From Sphagnum compactum (taxonomy: Eukaryota): 64,000 nt of DNA. The notes under the pieces were generated by a model. The model searched no databases and had not been told where the DNA came from. It worked only from the letters and a program-made list of their open reading frames with translations. This document shows, piece after piece, positions 39,201-52,200 of the stretch. Made by a program: the position numbers and the translations under genes. The stretch covers positions 32,354,213 through 32,418,212 of the forward strand of contig OZ234493.1 in the NCBI GenBank assembly GCA_965153455.1. Reading direction: 5' to 3'. Each line of letters begins with the position of its first letter. The stretch's first letter is position 1.

Positions 39201-40189
39201 GGGTGGGTGGATAAGCTAAGTTTAGGTTAAATTGATAATTAAAGTTAGATGGTCAACACACATTCACCTATTATGTTACCTACTTAATTATTTTTTAATT
39301 ACCATCTTATCTATTTACATAAATCTATTATATACACTGTAAGATGTCAAATAATTTTTTTGATAAAAGTTAACAATTTAATTATGAAGTTGTAATCCAT
39401 TGGTAAGAACTTTCATCATGGAGGTGAGGGGTTCAATTTTTAATACTTGCAGGTCGATGCAAAGTTGGGTGGACCAATTTGGATGTCACATAAGTTAATT
39501 TTGACATGGTCCATTGATTGATGTTGTGTGTGTTAGGGGCTTGAAATTAATTAGATATCATATCAAGGAAGTTAAGGGGGGGAAATTTCATGATAACAAT
39601 GGTAGGGTTATACTTATGAACTTTTGAGTAGGTTAAACAATAGGGTTTCCCAAAAAGTTTATATTATATTGAAGGAAGATGTGTTTTAGGAAATTTTTGT
39701 AAACTTGTTTAAAGGAAGAGAAACTTAATGGGTGCCACTGATGGCATGGAAAAAATACATGCAACCTGTTTATAATCTTAGACTAAGAAAGTAAAAATGA
39801 TCCAATTTTGGGCTTTTTCAAAGATAATCATGTGTGGCAAATTGGTTCACCCAACCATGCATTGACCCTTGCCATTTATGTTCATGTTTAGGGGGTTATG
39901 TTAGGTAGGTTAGGTTGGGTAGCTAGGTTAAACTACATCCTAACTACCTAACTTTCTCAACTTACCTATCACTATAATTTTAACTTTATATATAAATTAT
40001 TTTAATTTGATTAATTAAATGATCCATTGCCCCATTAGTCAAAATGGTTAATAAAAGTGATTGATAAAAAATGACCACTAGGTCACAACTATAAACATGT
40101 TAAAATTAACTTGTCCAAAATGATGGGGTTTTTTTTTAATGAATGTCAAATAGGGTCATTTTTTACTATCCAAGTTTTCTTCACAACTA

Positions 40190-41310
40190 ATCAATGTGAA
40201 AGAGGTATCATTAATGTCTTATGTTAAAATTTGCACTTTTTTGGTTCCAAATAATAAAATGCCCTTGACATTTCCATTTCCAATAGTTCATTTAACCATG
40301 ATATTAAACACTTCTCCCATTATGAGGAAAAGGTAAGGAGTGAGTAGGCATCCCTACTTCATTCCCCTCTCGATTAGGGATGATGGAGTCATGGAGCCAT
40401 TTAAGCAAGTAGTTATTTTTGCATTAAAAAAAATAATATGACCATATCTATAAATTTTGTGGCCATCCCAAGCTTTTTCATAGCAAGACCCAAAATTTTC
40501 CCAAGCAACCTTATCATAGGCTTTTGCAAAATCAAGTTTAAGAAAAATTATGCATTGTTTAAAACATTTGACCTAATCTTATTTTTCATGTGTCAAGAAC
40601 ACATATTCAAAAATATATCTTAAAGGAAGAAAGGCAATTGGATTACAATTAATCATGTCATAACAAATTAGTTGTAATCAAAGTTGGAACACCTTTGTAT
40701 AAATTTTGTAAGTTGTATTTAGGAAGGAAATATGTTTCCAATTTCTTAATTGCTCATCACCTCCAACTTTGAATGTCAAAGTTATTAGGCTTTTCATAAC
40801 ACTTTTAGGAAATCTATAAATAGTAATAAAACTTTGGACCATTTTGAAGAAATCATTGTCAATAATATGTCAAAATCTAACATAATATTCAACAATAATC
40901 CCATTAGGGCTTAATGTTTCACCCTTAGCTAAGGTAAGGGTTGCCTTATGGAGGTCATTTTTTGAGAAAGGAACAACCAACTTGGAGTTCAAATTTTGAT
41001 TGAACTTCACCAACAAAGACTTTAACGTTTCTTCCTTCAATGGTTCTATTGTTGTCAACTTACAACCCTTGTCATATAGGTTGTTTTAGAAGGTGTAATA
41101 AGTGTCTTTGAACTCTTCTATTGTTTCCACAATACTACCATCATGTTTCCATATAGCTATTAAGGTTGTCCTTCAACTTCATTAAGGCTCCCCAACGACT
41201 TTGAAAAATTGCATGCATGCCCCAATTGCCTTTTTCCCATCTTCTTAAGTTTGGCCCTTAATTTCTTTCCCTCCACCTTCACATCCTTTAGCATTTTGAT
41301 TCATTCCCTT
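40190..41310 (-). mobile_element. Degenerate LINE (L1/Tx1-like) ORF2 reverse-transcriptase fragment
   Basis: Minus-strand remnants PFSKNDLHKATLTLAKGETLSPNGIIVEYY, WKHISFLNTTYKI, LDFAKAYDKV and RGMK*GCLLTPYLF correspond to non-LTR RT subdomains. Confidence 0.75.
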
Positions 41311-41321
41311 AAATCCCCTAT

Positions 41322-43246
41322 CACTAGTAAAAATCTTCTAATATATGTCTGAGTTTATAATTAGTATTCCAATCATAAAGGACAAAAATGATTAATAGCT
41401 TTAAAGTTATTATGGACGAGTTGTTTATGACAATATTTTTTTAGGACATGACATGGCACAATGATGCGACGAATATCATCCATTGGTCATAAAGGACATA
41501 TGTGAAGTCATTAGTGATAGTTTAATGATAGTTTAATTCTTTATTATTATTATAAATTGGACCCAAAAAATTGGAGAACATTATTATTTAAATTCATAAT
41601 ATTGATTATTATAAATTTATTGTGTATAATATAAATAATAATATATATTTTTATTTCAAATTTTTAATACCATTATTTTTCATTTTATCAATTGGTGACA
41701 CATGTCACCACCCAAGCTATGTTGAAATCCTAATATAAGTGGATAAATAAACCACTTAATTTACCAATTTAGACTTGATTAAATAACAACCTAACCTAAG
41801 TAGTCTAAATAAGTACGAAATATTTGATTAATATTCCAATGTTGACCACAACACATGTCATTTGTGAAGTTTGATCCTTAGACCTCAAGGATGGAATCTA
41901 GTTCCTTTACCACCAAGCCACCCGACTTGTTGTGTACATAATCTAATGTTTATTTTAATTTAAACCATACTTCATTTAAACATTACACAACACTTCAAAT
42001 TTAATAATTCATATCTTATTGATAATTTGTCCAAATGAAAAATTGAAAAGTTTATTCATAAATTTTCTTCAATAATGTATACAACTATATAATTTATTTT
42101 TTATAAATATAAATTCAGTTCAAAAGAAAATTATTTGAATTTTGTTATTGAATAATTTTTCAATGACCATACTTTGGAAAAACTAAATTCAAACACATGA
42201 TTTGTAAATGAAAAAACCTTTATGGTTAATGCATGAATAAATAAAATATATCCTTCATGTTTTAAACCTTCATTTGGTTTAAAAACTTATATTATACAAT
42301 TTTGCTTCCAATATATCATAATTTTACTAATAACTTTAAAAGTTATACGTATGAATCCATATAATTTATCCACATAAATTTTTTATTAATGAATCATAAA
42401 TCACTTATATCTACATATATATTAAATGTTTTCATATCAGTCATATTTAATATGATGTATAAGTTTAATATAAATATTTTTATTTTATTTTAATATTAAT
42501 TAAATTTCTGAAATTATAAAATTTATTCATCTTTACACATGTAAAATAAATAAATATATTTATACACATATATTATATAGGTTTATCATAAAATATTAAT
42601 TAAATTTTTTTTCCACATCTTACATTTTTATTTTTAAATGAAAATATAAAAATTATTTATTATATATCATACTTTTACCATTAAAATTTATTTCATTGTA
42701 TAAATTTAATTTGGTTGCATTGAATATTTAAAATGGATTATATATCAAATATATTTAAGAAAAATTTAATAATTTTTTAATATTACATATTTGTATAATA
42801 ATAATCAAAATCAATTCCATACATATTGTAGTTTATTAAGTCCATTTGTAAATTATTAATAGTCATTTTTGAATCATTGTAAAATCATTATATGACCATA
42901 TTGTTTTTGTAATGACACATCATTTTGTTCACGTCATTTTCATAGTTATTTTTTAGTCTATTTGAAATGATTTTATCCTAGTCACATTTTCAAATGATAT
43001 TTTGAACATCCATGTCATTTTGTCATCAATCATGGATGATATATGGATGAAAACGTGCAATGAAAAATGATGTCATTTTCCTATTTTCACATTATCATTT
43101 ACTAGTCAAATGCACCATTAATGTATGACTATAACTTTTTCCACATAGGATTTGAAGTAATATCTTATTACTATAGTCAATTATGTAGTTGCTTAGGACA
43201 TAAAATCATTGATTTTGGGTTGCAAAGGACAAAATTCCTTTTAGTG
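41322..43246. mobile_element. Putative non-autonomous CACTA element (very AT-rich interior)
   Basis: Begins CACTAGTAAAAAT and ends TTTTAGTG, flanked by identical 3-bp TAT on both sides (41319-41321, 43247-43249); AAGGACA motifs near both ends. TIRs are short and degenerate. Confidence 0.5.
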
Positions 43247-45469
43247 TATTATCTATCATAAGTGCATATCATATATTATATTGTGCAGCTTAACCTAGGT
43301 AATAGATAGGTAGGAATAGACTTCCTACCTAGCTTATATAATAACTAGGTAGGTAAGTAGGTAAACTTAGGTTACTTATTTAACCTATGTAATAGCTAGG
43401 TAGGTAGATAGGCCTTGGCTACTTATTTATTTAGGTCTACCTACCTAGCATAAATAGTAGGCAAGTAGGTAGGTAGGCCTATCTATATAAATAGGTAGGT
43501 AAATTTAAATTATCTACCTAGCCTAGATAATAATTAGTTAGCTTGGTTTATCAATTAACATAGAATGTTCAATTTGACTTTAAAATCATTCATCATTTTG
43601 ACCAAGCATATCATTTTACTTTGTCCAACTTGACTAAATGTCCATTTTCATTTACAACTTTCTTTCCACATTGTTTGTTTTTCATAATTCAAATTTGATA
43701 AAACAAGAACTATATCCCGTGACACTTCCTTGGTGTCTTAATCATAAGCAACGCTAACGAGAAAGTCAATACCCTTGGACCTTCGTTTCACGAGTCACCC
43801 ACTACTAGTTCACACAAGGTACCAACATTGGTTCTCACCGGCCCAATGAACCCATAACCTTTCTCTTCTTCTTGGATGAAAATGAATGTCATAGTCACTC
43901 TCTTTGTGGATGAAATGAAGGAATCTTGCTTGAATTTTCATTATGGTTTAGTATGCTTGGGTAATTTGGCTTGAAGCCCACAATTACGAGAAATAGCCTG
44001 CCATGTCTTGACTTTAAGTATTTCCAACAATTGGGCCATTGTGTAATTTTCTTGATCACATTAGATGACATAATCTTTTGATGTTGATCATACATTTGTA
44101 ATATTGACCATGTAAATTTGTTTGTTAAATATAATTTTTTTTTCGAAATGGTTGAATCTGCCATCACAAACCTTAAATGTCATGGAATGGCCTCACCATG
44201 GAAGTGCTTGTTATGATGGGTGCGTTGCTTAGGTTGCTGGCGAATGGGGTTCTTGACACCTTACCCAATATAGTATAGGAGAAGGGCCTGTACTCAGGTC
44301 CTTTTCTTATGTAAAGCAGAGCTGGGATTTTTTCACTTTTTAACTTTTAATCACATTACAACAACTCAAAGTCAAAATGGCAAAACTCACCCAAACTAGA
44401 CCTAACCCATTTGGGCATGGGGTACTTGAATACTCTTGGTGGTATTGGTTTACGCATAAACATCTAGAATTTTCAATCAAGCTTACATAGGAGTAAAGGT
44501 CTACAAAACACTTTTAAAACACAAGGTCTAACTAACAATGCATGCAACTCATTCTACCAAAACCTTGCAACATTGTACACGCAACATAAGTATACATCAA
44601 ATTACATATAGAAATATGATGAAACAAGAATTCAAATAGGGCGACAATAGGGACAAGAGTTTTAGGGAAAAACAATTCACAAAAAATGTATAACAAATAG
44701 CGACAAGCTGGCTGGTGGTACCTTCAGCTGGTCAGAAGACCCCAGTACAGCCTGGCTGGTACATGAAAATAGGTTTCTTCAGGCAGCTAATGGAGGTCTT
44801 GACAATTCTGTAGTACATAATAATGACCTTGCTAGGATTTTGCAGTGTAATAGGAGGGTGCCCTAAATCCATAAAGCACTGTTCCAAATTTTGCAGTGTA
44901 TTTGGAGAGTACATTATAAAATGTAATAACAGGGTGAACATTTTGGTAAAATGGAATGTTTGTCACTCACCCTCGTTTAAAAAAAATTAAAAATTAAAAT
45001 AAAAATTGGTTGTGCTTTACATTGGGCAGCGCCCACAGAGCGAGGGCACTACTGAAATAAGAACCCCCTTGGCTCCGCCTTGAGAGGGTCCTTATTTCAG
45101 TAATGCCCAGCTCATGGGGCGTTACCCTACACATAATCCTCAGGTTACTACTAATGACCACCCCTTGGCCAATGCATGTTTGTACCAAAAGGAGGCCCTT
45201 GTGGGGGGGCTCCACTGATACGCAAAGTACTTGCTGCAAGGCCCTTCCCACTGCCCAGTAGGATTAGGGACACGACTGCATCGAGCTTCACGCCCGGTAA
45301 ATGGCTCTTCCGTACCGGGATGCCTCGTGATTTACGCCAGATAAGGGCCTACTGTCAGGGCCTTACTATAATACGTATTGCTCTCTATTCTGTTGCTGCT
45401 GCTGCTGCCAACAACAACAACAGCGTTCAAAACAACTCTGCACTTTGCACCTCTTCTTCAGGAGTCGTC

Positions 45470-48112
45470 ATGCGTGCAGCTGCTGCTTGTGACGGGCTCT
45501 CGATCCCGCGTCTGCTTCTTCCCGCATCTCGCGGGTCGGTGTCTGGAAACCATGTAGCCGCCTGCTGCTGCTGCCCGTCGTCGCCGTCGTCGTCGTCGTC
45601 ATCCTCATCCTCCTCCTTATGGCTGTCAGCTCATTCGAGACGTAGGGTTGATGCAGTAGTGGTTGGAGGGAGAAATGGTGGGGGAGTTGCAAAGGGGAGG
45701 CAGTTTCTGAGCAGCGGCTCAAGTTCGGCAGGCGACAGACGGAAGTGCTGCTCCAGGACGAATTTATGGAGTAAGCCTGGAGAAGGGATTCCTGTCGGGG
45801 AGTTTGGACAGAGAATAGTGGTGCCGGAGTATGATGAGGATGAAGATGTTGATGGAGAGGGGGAAATCAAGCTGGAGTGCGACGAGAGTGGCTGCGTCAT
45901 TGTCATGGAGAAGTTCAAAACGCTCGCGGAGGAAGCCGGGGGAGACGGGTACTTGCGCTGCGACCTCACTGGTTAGTGACTGAGAAGACAGAGACGGAGA
46001 CGGAGAGTTATAGAGTGTGTGTTTGTAATGCGTGCCTCATGGATTCCTCAGTTATAGCATTTGTCACATAGCCAGAGAGAGTGCAACCACATCTCCATGG
46101 GTTTCGGATTTTAGGGTTTAGGGTTTAGGGTATGCAGAGCATCATCAAGCTGATGGCTTGTTGGATTGGCTTCTGGTGACATTGCAAGTAGTTGCAATTG
46201 TCACATTGCAATGCTGACATGCAATGGTGGTGATATTGTGAGGTACACTGTCACATATTTGGTGCAGAGTCAGGCAATGGAAATGAAATGCTGCTGAACA
46301 TAAGTAGCTGGTTTTTGGGTAGGTTGCTACTTTGCGGACGAGCCGGCCCCTGTCAAAAGCTTTGAAGTGATTGAGGGCGAGGGGTGGCGATTAGGCTATG
46401 AAACAGCTCCAGAATCAGAAGAAAGTTTTTGTGCAATTGTGAGGATAAACCCTTCCTTCTTCCCCCTGGTCCCTGCTGCTCATTTCCCAATGGCAATGCA
46501 TCTTGTTGCAAGATTACTTCTACCTTAGATGAAGGCTGTTTGTGGTTTTTCCAAAGATCACCTCAGCACTTTGTTTCCCTGTTGCTGCCAGTCAAGTTTT
46601 CATTGCATGAGGTTCTGAGGGGTGACCTCCATGTGTATGTCAGTTGATCATTGTACATTTTTACATTATAGAGTAGAGGATGAGACCACATGATGTTTTA
46701 CAGCTTAAATGCTTGTCACTGGTGCCTGGGCTGGATTAGATTGGAGCAGGTGGATGGAGTGTTGCCTTGACAGCTTCAGAGTTCAATGACTTCTGTAATC
46801 TTATACAGGTGTGACATTGTGCATGGCAAGCATATGATTACAATTTGTGTTGTTGGAAATTGAAAATTGTTGTCAAAATTTATCACACTGTATACACCTA
46901 ATATGAGTAATTTTCACAAGATCCAGTGAGTTTTTCTGTCCTGATATGAAAATGTTATTGAAGCTTGTTAACCTTCTGCAACTTTATGTTCTTCTATTGT
47001 TGCAACATGACCATGCATTTGACAAATGATTGCCAAATTGTTACAGACATTAAGAAAGGCCATCTCAACAATGGATGAAGATGGGGTCATTGGCAAGGAT
47101 GAAGTGGTGATGCAGGTGTGTATGGACTGCCATCTTTTCAATTTGCTACTTCCTGCTACACTGTTAAGTTTTTTGAGAACTTGTTATTTCTTGGGCATGT
47201 ACATCAAAGCCATAGCTGATTTGAAAGGCTGGTGCCCTTCCTCTCAGGTCCTTGAGAGGAGAGGGCTGTAATCTTCAATTCAGGAAGGTGTTTCTCGTTT
47301 CAGACAACTCAAGGCTTTGTTTGTGGGGTGTTTCTAGGTAGAAAGAGGAAGTGTATGGATGGAGTGCAGTATTCCCAAGAAACAAGTGGCTATTTTCCAG
47401 AATCTTTGGAAGGTTTGTAGACATTTATTTGAATTTTCTCAGATCCTACTTTGCTCAAGTTATTCTAGACAAATGATAAGGCATAAACGCTTGATGCATT
47501 CATGGGAAGTGGAGTAAGATATAGATGTTGCTTGTTTTGTTTCTGTATGGTAACTTTCTTGTATTTTGGCAGCGTGGTAGCAGAGCACTCATTGACAGCC
47601 AGCAGAAAACTGCATTTGAGCTTCGATTCATCTTGTCTGGTGCTTCAGGCAGGCGGCAGGTATGTTTTTGAGCTTACATCTGGGCATTCATTTATACTGT
47701 TTTACCCCCAGTTGAGGTCTAGTCCCTTATGGTGCAGTAAACAATCAAGTGCCAGAAAGCCATCCCAAGTTTTTCATGCAAAGCATTACCCTTGCCCTAG
47801 TAGTTCAGAGACATGACCAGGGCCAGAGAAAGTTGGCCATGTCCATGAAATTGATCACACCATTGTGTAAGGTAGCTGTTAATTTGTACATAGAGTTTGT
47901 ATTGGCTAATGCAGAAAAGGGTGGCCAAAGATTTTACTTGTATAGTTTTAATATCTGAAATCTTGCCATGAATATGGTCTGATTTTCTGCTGGTTGTTCA
48001 GGCTGAAGGCTTCTGGCCTCCTGAGGCAGTCATGGATATGCTGAAGAAGGTGGATGCTGCAACATTGGAATTGCAGTATAAGGCTCAGAAAGCTGCAGCA
48101 GCAAGTGCATGA
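45470..48112 (+). CDS. Probable plastid-targeted DUF1818-like protein (~342 aa, 7 exons)
   Basis: Exons 45470-45971, 46323-46438, 46740-46808, 47047-47115, 47338-47412, 47573-47659 and 48002-48112 all join in frame with GT-AG (1029 nt). The Ser/Arg/Ala-rich N-terminus resembles a transit peptide. The C-terminal part EGEGWRLGY..CAIIGAGGWSVALTASEFNDFCNLIQTL..VWME..FELRFIL..GRRQAEGFWPPEAV matches my recollection of cyanobacterial DUF1818 motifs. Confidence 0.8.
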
Positions 48113-48859
48113 TAACTGTTTGCTCCTGTGATGATGTGCACATAGATTGCAACTCTAATTTGCTCTATCATCTTGTTGCATTATTTTGCTTATGGAATGT
48201 GCCAAGCTTCAATGATCTACGCCCATCCTCCTGCTGTCCACCAGTGTGCAAAGCTGTCATTCATCTTGAGGAAATTGTCCATTGTGGCAGAAACCTGGGA
48301 CCCCTTTGTTTGCTCAAACTTGTGACTTGTAGAAAGGTGCAGATCTTGAGTACTTGAATTTCACAAACCAGTCAGACAATCCACTTGGCACTATTCCCTT
48401 CACTGTGGATGCTAGAGCCATCTGCCAAATTTATGTCATGGATCAACAGCACTGTCATGCTGCTACTTGCTCTGTCTGATCTTTGAGAAAACAGAGAATG
48501 AAATTGTGTAGAATTGTCAGTTTGAGCCATCATGTGCACAAGTAAGGGGCATTGGAATGATGTTTCTCCAACTTTCAGACTCAATTCAACTCATCTCCTC
48601 TCCTTTCCTCTCCCTTCTCACCTTCTACACCCTAGCCTTAAAACATGGAACAAAGAAGACAATAAAGTCTTATGGCCTTTGTCTTTTTCATGGCCATCAA
48701 ACACGCAAAGAACAAGCATTTTGGCATTGAAGCAACATGTCATATGAGTGATGTGTTACATTAATGCTGATGGTTTTATTCATGATGGAAAGAGGAATCC
48801 AAAAAGATGAAATAGTGTCAAGCTATGAGAGACCTCGGGGACTAAGCAGTGATCTTTTG

Positions 48860-49260
48860 TGCTAGTTTCTTGAAAAGGTGTTTAAATTACTTTCGATCAA
48901 CTTTGGCTCTTACAATTAAAATAAATGATACGAATATGAGGACCATGTATTCTAATATAAACTGAATGTGCAGGTACACTTCGAAGGAGGGATATTACTT
49001 TATTGACTTGTGATGAAATCTATGGGGTAGACGGTGGTACAATGTCAAATTTTGTCAAAGAGTGTTGCACAACAATTAAAACCATTTTGAAACTCCTACT
49101 ACTTGAAAAGCCAAATAGTGACAACAAAGGCAATCGTGAAACTTTGAATGAAAGACCTTACATATTTGGAGCTATTGACGACAACAACCACATATTGATC
49201 ATTAACTTTAGTGGATTTTAAATTTCTGAGCATTGTTGAAAAGGATACACTATATGTTCT
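48860..49260 (+). mobile_element. PIF/Harbinger transposase (DDE_Tnp_4-like) remnant
   Basis: LTCDEIYGVDGGTMSNFVKECCTTIK and PYIFGAIDDNNHILI resemble the Harbinger HTH region and the GAIDGxHI motif. Confidence 0.6.
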
Positions 49261-52200
49261 TGTTCATTTCCATTGTGTTAACTCTATTTTTATCATTGGT
49301 TTTGTTTACACAGTCTATAGATTGTCATTCAACCTTGATTAATTCATCTTTTATTTAAAGTTGGAAAATGTGGTTCAAAGTTGTTTTGTTGCTATCCTTC
49401 ATTTGAGCTTAAAAGAAAGCATGAAAGTTGATCCCAAAAAAGTTGAAAGCACATCTTCAACTTTGTGGGATTTTAAACATAGGGTTTTAAACAAAATCCC
49501 ATAGACTTCAATGAGGGTATTGATTTGTTTTACAAGTAGGGGACATAGTTTAAACCATTTTTCCAATGTTCAATCAGCTCCCAAGATGAGCAATGAACGC
49601 ACTTTCACATGGCATGGAAATGTGTGTGAGTTAAAGCGAGACTCCCATGACCCTCGAGCCAAGTTTTCATGTCCTAAGGTGCTTCAAATCTTGAGATCAA
49701 GTTCCAAACAATGTTCAATCAATTACTCATGTTTGTAAATTTAACTTGGCAAGCTTGTCTTAGTCCCATCCTAAAACTCTTACATGACTTTCTTATCCCA
49801 TTATGTGGAGGCAGGAGGACATACAAATTTCCAAAAACACCATGAAAATTGGAATATTATTCACAAATAAAATATTTCCTTGATTTTTTTTACTTTAAAT
49901 GTTATCAACTCTCATAGTGTTATGTCCCAAAATTTTAAAAACATTTTATAAACACACTATGAGATAATATTTCATATTCAAATTTAGAAGGACCAATATA
50001 ATCTTTACTAAAATCCATATAAAATTGATCATTCATTATTTTCTTTTTTCATTGTTGAATTTTTTTAATGTGTTAGCTTCATGTAAATGAATATCTTTTT
50101 GCGATATCCAACAAAAGTTTTAAATTATATGCAACAATGACTAAAAATTATCATTTGGATAATCCATGTCATCCTATGTAATTTGCAACTACCCTATTTG
50201 TCGATAGCTCAAGCAAATAAATACCTTATGTGAGTGGGTAGGTAGTAATACATTGAGTAGGTGGATATGTTATTCAAGTATTTTCAGCCCAAAGAAAAGA
50301 AAAAAGATGTTTGCATAAAGATAAAATTAATTTTGAGCAATTTGACTTTAACATCAAATCACATGTGGATTGTTCCAAATGGTTTGGTAGTCAAATATTG
50401 GAAAATAATAAAAAAATAGTAAAATAACATTCACATGTGCCATGAACCACTAGGTCACCATTTTATCTATGAATAATAAATTGTAAAAGGTCCTAGCCCT
50501 TGGTAATCGAAATGAAAAAACTTATAATAGATCCACAACAATAGCTATTTTCATGACAAAATTTATTATTTTTGCTCATTCAATTAAATTAATTATGGGA
50601 ATCTTTCATTTTATTTATAATATTTATGATATTAAATTTCAATAACTAACATTGACAAGTTTAATTTAGGTATAGTTGTTTTGTTCATATAATATGGCCA
50701 ATTCCATAGTAAATGGTAAGTCCCCAAGCACTTACCCCCATTTCCAAGGAGGTCATAGTGATAAGTTTCTAAGGTTTTAATGGCAACACTATTTTAGTAG
50801 GCGACCCTTTTTTTTTGTTGTAGAATATTCATTTTTCATTGAATAATGGAAGTTGAACATGAGAAAAAAATAGCATTAATCTTATTGAACATGGATTACA
50901 AAGAAACTAGAAGGGACAATTCATTTTTTAAGGAACTACATGGGGAACTAACATGTGTTAAAAAATTCATTCAATATAACCCCATTTTTAGGGGAAAGAA
51001 TATGTGTATTAATAATAGATCTTAAGGCCCAACGATGAATACCCAAATAGAAAGAAAAAAACTTTAATGAAGGGTGCAGGAGTGCATGCATAATAATTTA
51101 GTTAATGTATTAATTATTCATTAAAATTTCATATAAAACACTACAAGGAGTTTTCTATTAGCGAATTACTATTTTTGGGTCATAAATGCCACATGTGGTT
51201 ACAAAATTGTTTAATTGCATTAAACAAGTTACAATATTTTTTAGTTGCAAAAGACATGATGTAACATTTAGTTGAAAAATGATAATTGCATTGAGTTGCA
51301 AATAATACAAATTTTCATCGAACTAACATCCAGCCAAGATTGCACGATCATTTATGGGGTGCAAACCGGATATCATGAGCTACACCTACCCTTTTGGGTG
51401 ATTGCTTATTGGGTGTTTATTTTGAAATATTTTTGGAATATTTTGTACAAATGTTTTAAAAAAATCTTGAAAAATCTTGAAAATTTTCATCACATTATTA
51501 TGTTATGGTTTACATAAAAAATTTGCTAAAATATGTCATTTTCAAAAAAATTCAAATCCATTTATAAATCTTTTTCTTGTTTAAAAACCCTGGTTATAAT
51601 GTTTTCAAAGTGCTTTTGGGTATTTTAGATTGATTTCAAACTTTTAAAGTATATATATCAATACATTGAAAATAACATTATTTAAAAGCAATTCTATTTG
51701 GAGTACACAAAACTAAGCACTAGTTACAACTGCTGGTGTATGTGTTTGAAGTATTAAAAGACATGACAATTTTTATATTGATAAAACAAATGATTGGTAG
51801 ATTGATGGAGCTACTTGTATGAATTGCTAATTGTTCACTTCTTGATGGATGGTGATCATTTCAATCTTATTTTCATAATCTTATGGGATTCTGGTGTTTC
51901 TTTTTTTTAATAACATACATGTAAACCTCCCTTATTATTTCAAAATTGCTTATTGTCATTTGTAGTATGTGTGCTAGGGGTGAATGTGTAATGATGTCCT
52001 AATAAAAAATGATATTTAATTAAAAAATATCAATTTGGTCAAGTCAAATTAAGATCCACTATTATCTAGATACACACTTGGATGAATAAAAATTGTTATC
52101 ACAAAACATGTTTTTCAAAAGAATTGTGTGTCTTTGAACTTGAACAAAGTCAATATTAAATTTTGTTTCCCCCAAGCTATACACATAATATTATGGTAGT

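Noticed and set aside
43860-44240. Possible CACTA transposase remnant
   Set aside because: Only vague resemblance; no convincing motif.
45176-45469. N-terminal extension of the DUF1818-like ORF from the ATG at 45176
   Set aside because: The region looks like promoter/5'UTR; the ATG at 45470 (gtcATGc) directly precedes the transit-peptide-like sequence. Not excluded without TSS data.
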